A stretch of DNA of 64,000 nucleotides from Bacteroidales bacterium (GCA_023138875.1 JAGLOO010000047.1:26056-90055), one strand, 5' to 3'; shown: positions 39,055 through 48,915, numbered from the stretch's first letter. The notes: generated by a model not told the origin, from the letters alone. A program made the numbers and translations.

Positions 39055-39993
39055 CTAAAAGGAAACTGCTGTACTGTCTCCATACTGAACATCATCTTCA
39101 AAAAACCCTTCATCATCATAGTCTACTACATAGGTTTTTCCATCTTCTGTAATAGTTACAATGTTATCGCATTTTCCATCGCCGTAATCTATTTCGTAGC
39201 TGCCAACACCATCTTCCCACAGTTCGATCCCACTGACCGGTAAATAACTGTTCTGGCACTTGAAATCAGAAACAACGGGTTCGATTATTTTATATGTGAA
39301 TTTTTCCCCTGTTGAACTGCTGTATTCGAACTCTCCCTCAACCATTATATAGGAATCCTGTGTGTATTTATCGGTGAAAGAGGATTTATAAGTAAAGGTC
39401 TCTCCATCTTCATACGAAATGACAAGGTTCTCCTGGCATGTAGAAATGATTTCAAAATCTTCTTCTGTACCTGTATAGTCAAAAAAAGGCCACTCCCCTT
39501 CAGAAGAACAATTGAAGGATCCATTCATGGTCATGCCATAAGCTTCATAATCCTCATAAATCTCTTCAAAATAACTACTGTTATTATCCGTCTTCCATTT
39601 TATAGTGATCTTCCCTTTAATTAGAGAACCCCACTCTTCGCATCCTTGTTCTCCATAATCCATTACTGTTACAAAAAAACCATTCTCGTCTTCATATTCG
39701 GAAATTTCGGCACATGACTCCCAATCCCAATATTCACCTATTGAATCACCAACAACATCTGTTGAGTCACCTTCATCCAGTCTTCCGCTTTTCAGCGCTG
39801 AACTTTTCAGGTTTGAATTTGCAGGGATACGAAAATGAGTAATCCCATTGTTTCTGAGGCTCTTTAGCCTCATGTTCCGTTCAGTGAGCATTTTTATGTC
39901 CTCAGGCAATTTGTCTTGTGGTACTTGCACTCGCTCACAACCTATTATTGCTATCAGCAATAATACGGTAATCCAAAAAAATCTTGTTTTCAT
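39055..39993 (-). CDS. Highly acidic Cys-containing lipoprotein (hypothetical)
   Basis: Lipobox LLIAIIGCE. The protein is D/E/Y/G-rich with a repeated DGETFTYK / GEKFTYK / DGKTYVV motif. No family recognised. Confidence 0.6.
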   Translation of the reverse strand: MKTRFFWITVLLLIAIIGCERVQVPQDKLPEDIKMLTERNMRLKSLRNNGITHFRIPANSNLKSSALKSGRLDEGDSTDVVGDSIGEYWDWESCAEISEYEDENGFFVTVMDYGEQGCEEWGSLIKGKITIKWKTDNNSSYFEEIYEDYEAYGMTMNGSFNCSSEGEWPFFDYTGTEEDFEIISTCQENLVISYEDGETFTYKSSFTDKYTQDSYIMVEGEFEYSSSTGEKFTYKIIEPVVSDFKCQNSYLPVSGIELWEDGVGSYEIDYGDGKCDNIVTITEDGKTYVVDYDDEGFFEDDVQYGDSTAVSF

Positions 39994-40022
39994 AACTAAT
40001 AGTTTAATTTACAATTAATACA

Positions 40023-40880
40023 TCATTTATTTTTGATTTCAATTTCTGATTCGTTGATTATTCTATATCTCATGTTCATAGGAACACAAATGAGGTTTAG
40101 CGCCTTTTTCAGATCATTTTTCGGAAAAGATCCCGTGTAGAATCTGTTATCTGTATTCTGAGTAGTAACGGTTACATTGTATTGCTCTTCAAACTCAGAG
40201 AGTACTTTTATAAAAGGCGTATTTGTGAAAAATAATTCATTGCAATGCCAGGAAGCAACCCTGTCAGGATCAAAAGCTTCCGGAGTACTGAACTGATCAG
40301 AATCCAAGTATTCCACAAATTGCCCTTGTGAAAGCGTAGTGGATGCCTTTTTATCTGATGATTCTACCGATACTTTCCCCGTAAAGCATGATACTTGAAA
40401 ACTGTTATTTCTCGAAAGCACATTAAAACTTGTTCCTAATACAGTTACATTACCCAGATGTGTTCTGACAATGAATCGTTTGCCCTTTTTAACGTTGAAA
40501 AATGCCTCTCCATTAAGCTCAATAATTCTCTTTCTGTTCCATTTTTCAGGATTGAATTGCAATTCTGTTTCAGCGTTGAGTACTACTTCTGAACTATCGG
40601 GAAGGAATATGGAATATGTTGATCCGGAATCTGTAATGCATGCTTGTTTCTCCTGTTGAGGGAGCCTGGTCAGAAATATTGTAGCTATCAACACCAATGA
40701 GGCAGCTGTGGCAATCATTGGGGAAATTACTTTTCGATACAATGGGAATGACCTGATCGTATGACCATTTTCTTCCCTGATCTTATTTTCAATTCTTTTC
40801 CAGGCAATCTCTTTCGATATATGAACAGGAACAGATAAATCAAGTACCTTATCAACTCTATGTTCTCTGAATCCGGTCAT
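40023..40880 (-). CDS. FecR-family anti-sigma/transducer protein (paralog 2)
   Basis: Single TM segment, a FecR domain (LNGEAFFNVKKGKRFIVRTHLGNVTVLGTSFNV) and a DUF4974-like C-terminus (ALNLICVPMNMRYRI). The first ATG is at 40880, and the track start at 40889 is a TTG. Confidence 0.8.
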   Translation of the reverse strand: MTGFREHRVDKVLDLSVPVHISKEIAWKRIENKIREENGHTIRSFPLYRKVISPMIATAASLVLIATIFLTRLPQQEKQACITDSGSTYSIFLPDSSEVVLNAETELQFNPEKWNRKRIIELNGEAFFNVKKGKRFIVRTHLGNVTVLGTSFNVLSRNNSFQVSCFTGKVSVESSDKKASTTLSQGQFVEYLDSDQFSTPEAFDPDRVASWHCNELFFTNTPFIKVLSEFEEQYNVTVTTQNTDNRFYTGSFPKNDLKKALNLICVPMNMRYRIINESEIEIKNK

Positions 40881-40936
40881 TTTTATCAACTTCTTTTATC
40901 CTGTATACAATTCAGACAAAAAATACCCTACCCGGG

Positions 40937-43528
40937 TTAGAAGTTGATACTCAGAAACAGACTTGGAGCAAATCCAAGGTGCTTAATATCCACGGAGATA
41001 TGAACAGGCTCATTGGAAAGGTAATCGTATTCCTGGAAAAACAGCCTTGACTTAATGTTTTTTCTGTTATATACATTGATAACGGATACACCTGCATGAC
41101 CCCTGACCCTGCTAAAAGAATAGTTATAGGTGACACTAATGTCCAACCTGTGATAGTCAGGCAGTGTATACGTATTTATTTCATCCACCGGATCATTATA
41201 GAACAATTCGCTATTTTCAGAAGGTTTTGAATACGGAATGCCGGAACCATAGATCCAGGTTGAAGAAAAGTCCCACTTCTTTATTCTCAGCACACCTGCG
41301 AATTTCAGTTCATGTTGTTTATTATTATTGGCTGGGAATGGTTTCCCCATGTTCAATCCATCGAACCGGCATACATTCTTGCTTGATGAATAGCTTATCC
41401 AGCCTGTAAAAGGGCCGAACCTGTTCTTAATTATTATATCCATTCCGTGAATAGTTGCCTGTCCCGAATAGAACACTCCACTGGCATATGAAATGGTATC
41501 ATAAACGAATCTGAATTCTGATAATCCGTCTATATCTTTTCTATAAAACTCTGCATCTAAACTAAATGCACCATTTCTATAATTAAAACCAACAATGTAA
41601 TGGTTTGCCGAGATAACGGGTATATCCAACTCATCAGCTAAAGCCCAGAAACTGGTATTATCTCCGAATTGATCAGAAACAGATAGTCTGGAGACGAACT
41701 GATAATATCTCCCAAATGCTGCTTTCAGATAGAAACCTTCATTCAGGTACGAATAGATGGATAATCTGGGTTCCGCATAAAGCTTGTTTGTCTGTTCATA
41801 ATAGCCAAGTCGCAATCCTGGTATCAACTTAATCTGTGAAAATGGTTGAAATGTATATTGCAGGTAACCAGTTGTCAGATTGCTATTCTGACCTAAACTG
41901 GTAATATCAACTGTATCACTGTAACTACTCATATAATTGATCCTGGTATTATTCCTTTCCAGGCCAAATTCCATTTTGCTTGTTGAATTAATCTGCCATT
42001 CACTATTAATCCTCACTCTTGTTTCGACTATCTCATTGTCATTAGTAAAATTATCAACCTGCAGATCGTTATCAAAATCATAATAAAAATAACTCTCTGA
42101 GAAGTTATTGTAGAAACTTGAATGACTTATTAGCAATTCGGAATAAAACTTTTTACTCCATTGTCTGTTCCATTTCAAGCTTGTGCCCGTGTTTCCCCAC
42201 GAATCATTGTTATAATAATCAAAATCCGGGTCAGCAACATTCAAATTGTCTTTGCTTGAGTAGAGGCTTATCGACAGCACATCCTTCTCTGAAGCGTTGT
42301 ATGTTATTTTTGAATTCAGGTCATAAAAAAAGAAAAGAGGGTCAATTGTACTGCTATAAATACGTTGGGTTCCCCCAACACTCAGAACCAGCATTTCATC
42401 ATCAGCAAACAGGCTATTGAATACTTCGTTATAAAGTGGAGTTTGTAATATATCTGTATATGAGCGTCTCCCGGCCATAATGATAGAACCCCTTTTCTTA
42501 AACAGTGGAGCCTCAACCAGTATATCTGCACTGATCATATTCATTCCTATATGAAACGCAGGCTTATACTGGTTACCCGATTTACCGGTAATGTCAATTA
42601 CTCCACCAACCTTACCTCCGAATTTCGATTCAAAACCTCCCTTATATACCTGAATATTTTTAATCACTTTAGAATTAATAGTGCTGAATAAACCAAAACA
42701 GTGGTCTTGCTTATACAGGGAAAAACCATCCAACAACAATAAGTTTTGATCGGCTGTACTACCTCTTATTGATATACCATTCGAAGTTTCATTTGAAGTG
42801 GAAATACCAGGTAATAACCGCAGAGAATTGAATATATCCACCTCTCCCATATTCGGTAGTGCAATAAATTTGTTGGGATTAAGAATAAAGTGCCCCATTT
42901 TTTCACCTGATTCTACTATTTCATTTTCATCACTATTAATGGAAACCCCATCCAACACTTTAGCTTCATGGGTTAAGTGAACCAGCACTCTTTCATTACG
43001 ATTCAGGGACGAAAGATCCAGGATTTGTGTCTGGTAACCTAAATATTTTATGGTTAGCTTTATGGTATCATTATATGCTACATCTGAGAGAGAGAATACC
43101 CCGGTATTATTGGAAGAAGTCCCCACGTTGGTACCTTCAATATATACATTGGCATAAGGCAGTGTCTCACCGCTGTCTCTGTCTTTTATGATGCCACTAA
43201 CAGTAATATATTTGCTTTGCGGTGTCTCTTTTCCTGGATATATTACGATGATTTGATCAATCACCTGATAGGATAAATTTGTTCCTTCCAGTAATTGATC
43301 TATTGCTCCATATAAATCGGTAGTATGAATACGCTTGGTAATGGTAGTTTTATTAAGGAGCTGACTATCATATGCAAACCGGATATCGTAGGTATCAGAG
43401 AGTTCACTCAGGGTGCTTGCAAGTGATTTGTTTCGAACCGAAATATCAATAACCGGTGACTGGCTCAGAGAAACAGTCATCCCGATTGACATGATTATCA
43501 TGGTTGTAATGATCTTCTTATACACCAC
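40937..43528 (-). CDS. TonB-dependent transducer (STN domain + CarboxypepD_reg + plug + barrel)
   Basis: The N-terminal STN-like region is NKSLASTLSELSDTYDIRFAYDSQLL...LEGTNLSYQVIDQIIVIY. This is followed by VSGIIKDRDSGETLPYANVYIEG, a plug (LRLLPGISTSNETSNGISIRGS) and a terminal ...LFLSINF. The start codon is GTG. Confidence 0.85.
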   Translation of the reverse strand: MVYKKIITTMIIMSIGMTVSLSQSPVIDISVRNKSLASTLSELSDTYDIRFAYDSQLLNKTTITKRIHTTDLYGAIDQLLEGTNLSYQVIDQIIVIYPGKETPQSKYITVSGIIKDRDSGETLPYANVYIEGTNVGTSSNNTGVFSLSDVAYNDTIKLTIKYLGYQTQILDLSSLNRNERVLVHLTHEAKVLDGVSINSDENEIVESGEKMGHFILNPNKFIALPNMGEVDIFNSLRLLPGISTSNETSNGISIRGSTADQNLLLLDGFSLYKQDHCFGLFSTINSKVIKNIQVYKGGFESKFGGKVGGVIDITGKSGNQYKPAFHIGMNMISADILVEAPLFKKRGSIIMAGRRSYTDILQTPLYNEVFNSLFADDEMLVLSVGGTQRIYSSTIDPLFFFYDLNSKITYNASEKDVLSISLYSSKDNLNVADPDFDYYNNDSWGNTGTSLKWNRQWSKKFYSELLISHSSFYNNFSESYFYYDFDNDLQVDNFTNDNEIVETRVRINSEWQINSTSKMEFGLERNNTRINYMSSYSDTVDITSLGQNSNLTTGYLQYTFQPFSQIKLIPGLRLGYYEQTNKLYAEPRLSIYSYLNEGFYLKAAFGRYYQFVSRLSVSDQFGDNTSFWALADELDIPVISANHYIVGFNYRNGAFSLDAEFYRKDIDGLSEFRFVYDTISYASGVFYSGQATIHGMDIIIKNRFGPFTGWISYSSSKNVCRFDGLNMGKPFPANNNKQHELKFAGVLRIKKWDFSSTWIYGSGIPYSKPSENSELFYNDPVDEINTYTLPDYHRLDISVTYNYSFSRVRGHAGVSVINVYNRKNIKSRLFFQEYDYLSNEPVHISVDIKHLGFAPSLFLSINF

Positions 43529-43534
43529 CCGATA

Positions 43535-44455
43535 TTATTCAATTTTAACTCTGTTCTTATCAATAATGCTGTAATCCAGGTCCATTGGAATACAGATCAT
43601 ATCCAATGCCAGTTTGAGGTCGTCATTCTTAAAGAATCCGGTATATTTTCTATTATCGGCATAAGGATAATCAACCTGAATATTGAACTGTCTTTCAAGT
43701 TCATCAAACACATTTCTAACCGGAGTTTGTTCAAAACGATATTCACCTTTTCTCCATGTTGCAGCACTCTCCGGATCAAATTCGTAAGGAGTTGTGAATT
43801 GTTTGGTACCATTAGAATATTTTATAGCTTCATTACCACGCAACAAAACGGGAGAATCATTGAAAGCGGAAACTTTAATGCTTCCTGTAAAACACTCTAT
43901 TTCAAGATCATTCTGCCTTGAAAAAATGTTAAAGCTGGTGCCTAATACTGAAATCAGACCATGATCACAAGTTACTTCAAACTTGCCACCTTTTTTCACA
44001 ACGAAAAAAGCTTCACCTTCAAACTTTATTTTTCTATTGTTTTTCCAATTAAAACTTGAATACCTTAATCTGGAATCAGCATTTAATAACACCGTGGAAC
44101 TATCAGGTAGTAAAACCGTTTGTTGCTGTCCTGGGGGAACAATAATTGACTTTATCGAATAGTGATATACAACGTAGATACTCATTAATAATAGTATGGA
44201 GGCTGCCAGCGGGTAGACAATTCTCTTGTAAATACCAATATTCCGTGTAATGGTCACATCTTGTCTGCCTTTTCTGATTTTCTTATGAAGGTCAGTCCAT
44301 GCTTCCTCTTTGGTTTTAGTTTGAGGCACCTTATATGCTGAAGAGATTTCAATTATCTTCTTAAACTGATGTTTCCCGGTCCCGGATTCCAGCTTTCTTA
44401 CCTCATCTTTAAGGTCCTTTTCTTCAAATGTTATGCCTTTCTTTCTCTTTTCCAT
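43535..44455 (-). CDS. FecR-family anti-sigma factor (paralog 1)
   Basis: TM segment at about aa 80-100, a FecR domain (FEGEAFFVVKKGGKFEVTCDHGLISVLGTSFNI) and the C-terminus ALDMICIPMDLDYSI. It lies 6 nt downstream of the sigma gene. Confidence 0.85.
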   Translation of the reverse strand: MEKRKKGITFEEKDLKDEVRKLESGTGKHQFKKIIEISSAYKVPQTKTKEEAWTDLHKKIRKGRQDVTITRNIGIYKRIVYPLAASILLLMSIYVVYHYSIKSIIVPPGQQQTVLLPDSSTVLLNADSRLRYSSFNWKNNRKIKFEGEAFFVVKKGGKFEVTCDHGLISVLGTSFNIFSRQNDLEIECFTGSIKVSAFNDSPVLLRGNEAIKYSNGTKQFTTPYEFDPESAATWRKGEYRFEQTPVRNVFDELERQFNIQVDYPYADNRKYTGFFKNDDLKLALDMICIPMDLDYSIIDKNRVKIE

Positions 44456-44461
44456 ATGAAC

Positions 44462-44983
44462 TCATACCTTGTAATTAGTATGCGTATTCCAGTAACTAAG
44501 CGCTTTATGCATCCGTTTTTCAACGGCTTTTATACTTATATTTAATCTCCTGGCAATGTCCTTATAAATAAGTCCGTCGATTCGATTCAATAAAAAAACA
44601 ACCCTGCTTTTTTCAGGCATAGAGGCGAGTACGTCTTGAATTTCCTTGTCAAATTCCTTCATTTCCAATATATAATCAGGCGATTCAGAGGTTGGATTAT
44701 TTCCCAGTGAATTTATAAAATTGAAGGAAATACTATTTCGTTTATAGTGATTTTTCAGGAGATTTGATGCAATGGTATACAGGTAGCCCTGAACCGATTC
44801 TTCTTTGATGTTATTTCTGTTATCCCATACTTTTAAAAACACTTCCTGCGCAATATCTTCAGATGTTTCAATATCTCCGGATTTGTAATACATGAAGTTT
44901 ACTATTTCGTCGTAATATGTATCGAATAGTTCCTTAAAGGTATCAATATCCTTTTCTGCTGAAGATCCATCACTGTATGTCAT
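44462..44983 (-). CDS. ECF-type RNA polymerase sigma-70 family factor
   Basis: Region 2 (EDIAQEVFLKVW) and region 4 (YKDIARRLNISIKAVEKRMHKAL). The first ATG is at 44983, and the track start at 44989 is a TTG. Confidence 0.9.
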   Translation of the reverse strand: MTYSDGSSAEKDIDTFKELFDTYYDEIVNFMYYKSGDIETSEDIAQEVFLKVWDNRNNIKEESVQGYLYTIASNLLKNHYKRNSISFNFINSLGNNPTSESPDYILEMKEFDKEIQDVLASMPEKSRVVFLLNRIDGLIYKDIARRLNISIKAVEKRMHKALSYWNTHTNYKV

Positions 44984-45137
44984 ATTCAATAACGAAGTAG
45001 TTCTGGTAAACCTTATTTACACAAATATGTTGCAATATAGCTATTGAACGTTATATTTCTTCATGAAATTGTAGGGTATATCTTCTTGTAGTTGTAATAA
45101 ATAATATACAGTACTAAATGATAAACACCATTACCTG

Positions 45138-47522
45138 ATGAGAAAGGTTCTTCTGATTTTACAAATAGTATTCTTGAGCGTTGCAATATTTGGACAGAAC
45201 AGGTTCACTGTAAGTGGATATATTTCGGATGCCGCTACCGGTGAGAAACTAATTCAGGCACATATTTTTGACGCTAATAGTGAATCCGGAACAGTATCCA
45301 ATCTATATGGTTTCTATAGCATCACACTCCCTGAAGATTCAATAAAGGTGATCGCATCATATGTGGGTTATAAGCAGCGGGATCATCATTTTTATCTCGA
45401 TAAGGATATAACACTAAATATCAAGCTTCAGCAGTCCCTTGCCATAGAGGAAGTTCAGGTTGTCGCGAGAGAAAGGGTTCTTATCGAAGAAGAATCACAA
45501 ATGAGCATGATTGATATTTCTATTAAACAAATAAAGAGGATGCCTTCACTCCTGGGAGAAGTGGATGTGATAAAGGCAATTCAGTTGTTGCCAGGCGTAC
45601 AATCCGGAAGCGAAGGACAAAGTGGCTTATATGTCAGGGGTGGTGGTCCCGACCAGAACCTTATTCTTTTAGATGGGGTTCCTGTTTACAACGCATCACA
45701 CTTATTCGGTTTCTTTTCTGTGTTTAATGCAAATGCGATCAGTGATGTCAAGCTGATTAAAGGTGGTTTTCCTGCGCGTTATGGCGGCCGGCTTTCATCC
45801 GTATTGGATATCCGGATGAAGGAAGGTCATAAAAGTGAATATCACGGAAATGCTTCCATCGGACTGATATCATCAAAGTTCACATTTGAGGGACCTGTTA
45901 TTAAAGATAAAACATCGTTTATCATATCCGGCAGACGAACCTATCTGGATGTTCTGGCACGACCTATTATTAAGAAGTCGTTTTCCAAACAGGGAGGAAA
46001 AGGAAACGCCGGTTATTATTTTTACGATTTAAATGCCAAGATAAATCATACATTCAGTCACAAAGACAGATTGTATTTAAGTATGTACATGGGGAATGAC
46101 AAATTCTATTTCAGCAATCAAAACAAGAATGAGGATTTTAAAACTGAAGAAGCTAACAAGTTAGGGTGGGGTAATATGATTACTGCTGCCAGGTGGAATC
46201 ACTTATGGACTGGTAAGCTATTCTCAAATACAACCTTGACTTATAGCAGTTATAATTTAGGTACGCTGTTTTCATACAAAACAGAAGATCTCGTTAAGGA
46301 TAAGTTTGCAGAGGACGCAAAAATGGAATACTCATCAGGAATAGACGATATTGCCCTGAACATTGATTTTGACTATATACCTAATCCGGATCATTTCGTT
46401 CGTTTCGGGGTAAAGGGCATTCGCCATCAATTCAACCCGGGTTTGTTCGATATGCATTTTTTAATTGATGAAGAGGGAACTCAATCTACATTTGATACTA
46501 TTATTGGACAAAAAAAATTGCAGGCTTCTGAATTTGCAGTATATCTGGAAGACGATTATCGCATAACAGATAATTTCAAAGCGAACATTGGTCTTCATTT
46601 TTCAGGCTTTTTGATGGATAATAAGCATTATACTTCACTGCAACCCAGGCTTAGCCTTCGCTATTTGTTGCCGGGAAAGATTGCAATTAAGGCAAGCTAT
46701 GCCAATATGCGGCAGTATATTCATCTCCTGGCATTTAGCAGTATCGGTCTGCCAACTGACCTTTGGCTGCCTACTACGGAAAAGGTAAAACCACAGGATT
46801 CCTGGCAGGTAGCTCTTGGCCTGGCTAAAACCATTAATAATAAGTATGAAGTCAGTCTGGAAGGTTATTACAAGGAGATGAACAACGTTATTTCTTATAA
46901 AGAGGGAGCTGGTCTTTTTCAGTTCGATGACTGGCAGGAACGTATCACACAAGGAAGGGGAGAAGCGTACGGTGTGGAATTATTTGTGAATAAGAAAAGA
47001 GGGAAGTGGACGGGATGGTTGGGATACACACTTTCATGGTCCTGGAGGCAGTTTGATGATTTGAATTTCGGAAAAAAGTATCACTATAAATACGATAGAC
47101 GTCAGGATGTTTCCCTTGTGGTCAACTATGATATTACCGAAAATATTCTTTTTTCAGGTACATGGGTCTATGGAACGGGGAATGCAATTACGCTGGCCAA
47201 TTCCTCATATTACGGATTTTTCCCATCCGATGACGGATCTCATGAGAGTATTGAAACAAATTATTACGCTGATAAGAATAATTTCAGGATGAAACCATAT
47301 CATCGTTTGGATTTTGGTTTCGATTTCATTAAAGAGAAGAAAAAGTATACCAGGAAATGGTCTGTTGGGGTATACAATGCTTATTCAAGAAAAAATCCGT
47401 TTTTCCTGAGGATTGACACAAATCATTCATACGAAAACGGAGAGCCTAAAATTGAAAAAAAATTGGTGCAGATCAGCCTGTTCCCGATTATACCATATGT
47501 GACTTATAGTATTGATTTTTAA
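45138..47522 (+). CDS. TonB-dependent receptor (CarboxypepD_reg + plug + barrel, no STN)
   Basis: FTVSGYISDAATGEKLIQAHIF..., a plug (IQLLPGVQSGSEGQSGLYVRGGGPDQN) and a terminal ...YVTYSIDF. It is a paralog of 40937-43528. Confidence 0.85.
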   Translation: MRKVLLILQIVFLSVAIFGQNRFTVSGYISDAATGEKLIQAHIFDANSESGTVSNLYGFYSITLPEDSIKVIASYVGYKQRDHHFYLDKDITLNIKLQQSLAIEEVQVVARERVLIEEESQMSMIDISIKQIKRMPSLLGEVDVIKAIQLLPGVQSGSEGQSGLYVRGGGPDQNLILLDGVPVYNASHLFGFFSVFNANAISDVKLIKGGFPARYGGRLSSVLDIRMKEGHKSEYHGNASIGLISSKFTFEGPVIKDKTSFIISGRRTYLDVLARPIIKKSFSKQGGKGNAGYYFYDLNAKINHTFSHKDRLYLSMYMGNDKFYFSNQNKNEDFKTEEANKLGWGNMITAARWNHLWTGKLFSNTTLTYSSYNLGTLFSYKTEDLVKDKFAEDAKMEYSSGIDDIALNIDFDYIPNPDHFVRFGVKGIRHQFNPGLFDMHFLIDEEGTQSTFDTIIGQKKLQASEFAVYLEDDYRITDNFKANIGLHFSGFLMDNKHYTSLQPRLSLRYLLPGKIAIKASYANMRQYIHLLAFSSIGLPTDLWLPTTEKVKPQDSWQVALGLAKTINNKYEVSLEGYYKEMNNVISYKEGAGLFQFDDWQERITQGRGEAYGVELFVNKKRGKWTGWLGYTLSWSWRQFDDLNFGKKYHYKYDRRQDVSLVVNYDITENILFSGTWVYGTGNAITLANSSYYGFFPSDDGSHESIETNYYADKNNFRMKPYHRLDFGFDFIKEKKKYTRKWSVGVYNAYSRKNPFFLRIDTNHSYENGEPKIEKKLVQISLFPIIPYVTYSIDF

Positions 47523-47533
47523 ATATATTTGTT

Positions 47534-48427
47534 ATGAAAAATCTAGTAATCGGTGTACTGATCATTGCACTTAGTTCGTGTGAGGATTTTTTTCAGACAA
47601 CCATTAAAATTGATCCCCCGGAACATACTCCCTCATTGGTTGCGCACATGTATATTAATGACAGTGGTGACTCTATTCAGGCAAGTGTTACTAAAAGCAT
47701 AGGATCACTTGAAACCATTAAAAGTAAAGAAGAAATACTTATTGATAATGCAATTGTTCAGATCAAAAACCAGCAAGGCGACGTGTTGTATGAACTTCAT
47801 AATATAGATCCTGAGGAGGAGAGCGTTATTAATTACTCTCTCGGTTTAGAGAGTGATTTTGGGGGCAATGATCAGATATTTAATCTTGAAATAAAGCATC
47901 CCGCGTTAGGAACAGCAAGCGCAGTTCAAACAATGCCCCGGCCAGTGGAAATATCGGAGCCGGTATTCACTAAAGATGCAGGTGTTGATATTGAAGGCTA
48001 TAAGTACAGTACGGTAAGCTTTAAGCTTCATGATCCGGCCGACCAGGAGAATTATTACCAGGTAAAAGTTTTGTTATCCGATGAAACCGAAGGTGGATCA
48101 TATTATTTATCTCTTTTCAGTAATGACCCGGTTTTTTCCACCTCTTATGATTGGCAGGCACTATTACTGTCAGATAAAACATTTAACGGAAAAAATTATC
48201 TTGTAAAGGTACGGGTCGATATCTATGAAGAAGAATTTCAGGGTGAATTATTCATTGATATTAAAGGAATCAGTAAAGACTTCTATCTGTATGCCAGGTC
48301 TATGTATGCATCTCAGGAGTCAGGTGATTTTGGATTTACGGAGCCGGTTTCTATTCATAAAAATATAAATAATGGTTTGGGTATTTTTAGCTTGAGTTCC
48401 CGGAAATTGTATCGGGTAGAGTATTAA
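47534..48427 (+). CDS. DUF4249-like lipoprotein (usual partner of this TBDR class)
   Basis: Lipobox VLIIALSSCEDFF. The C-terminal NINNGLGIFSLSS motif is typical of DUF4249. It lies 11 nt after the TBDR stop. Confidence 0.65.
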   Translation: MKNLVIGVLIIALSSCEDFFQTTIKIDPPEHTPSLVAHMYINDSGDSIQASVTKSIGSLETIKSKEEILIDNAIVQIKNQQGDVLYELHNIDPEEESVINYSLGLESDFGGNDQIFNLEIKHPALGTASAVQTMPRPVEISEPVFTKDAGVDIEGYKYSTVSFKLHDPADQENYYQVKVLLSDETEGGSYYLSLFSNDPVFSTSYDWQALLLSDKTFNGKNYLVKVRVDIYEEEFQGELFIDIKGISKDFYLYARSMYASQESGDFGFTEPVSIHKNINNGLGIFSLSSRKLYRVEY

Positions 48428-48464
48428 TCTGGATTTTATCACTATTTAACTTAATTGTTTTCTC

Positions 48465-48842
48465 ATGAAAAAGATTATTGAAACCAGTGAAGCTCCCTCA
48501 GCGGTTGGACCTTACTCCCAGGCTGTGGAAATCAATGGAATGTTGTTTATATCCGGACAGGTCCCCTTAGATCCCGGTACTGGTAGTATTATGGAAGGAG
48601 GGATCCGGGAGCAAACAGAACGGGTGATGATAAGCATCGGAAAGATCCTTGAAACTGCAGGGTATGAATTTGAAGATGTGGTTAAATCCACCTGTCTGCT
48701 TTCTGATATGGCGAATTTTAAAGCAATGAATGAAGTGTACGCGAAATACTATCCCGAAAATCAGCCTGCCAGGGCAGCATTTGCAGTAAAGGAATTGCCA
48801 TTCGGGGTTCTTGTTGAGATCGAAACCATCGCAGCGAAATAG
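48465..48842 (+). CDS. ridA: RidA/YjgF-family reactive-intermediate deaminase
   Basis: APSAVGPYSQAVEINGMLFISGQVPLDP ... ARAAFAVKELPFGVLVEIE is the classic RidA sequence. Confidence 0.9.
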   Translation: MKKIIETSEAPSAVGPYSQAVEINGMLFISGQVPLDPGTGSIMEGGIREQTERVMISIGKILETAGYEFEDVVKSTCLLSDMANFKAMNEVYAKYYPENQPARAAFAVKELPFGVLVEIETIAAK

Positions 48843-48860
48843 AATCATCTCAAGGAAATA

Positions 48861-48893
48861 AAAAAAGCCGCCGGGTTATCCCGACAGCTTTGT
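48861..48893. terminator. Bidirectional terminator between ridA and rplI
   Basis: AAAGCCGCCGGG-ttat-CCCGACAGCTTT (10 of 12 pairs) with A/T flanks. Confidence 0.45.
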
Positions 48894-48915
48894 AATATGG
48901 TTCTAAGAGTTTCGC

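Noticed and set aside
44990-45137. Cobalamin or other riboswitch upstream of the TonB-dependent receptor (also upstream of the BtuF-like gene at 62422)
   Set aside because: I saw no B12-box-like conserved core or extended pairing. The BtuF-like gene has no 5' spacer at all because it overlaps the protease stop.
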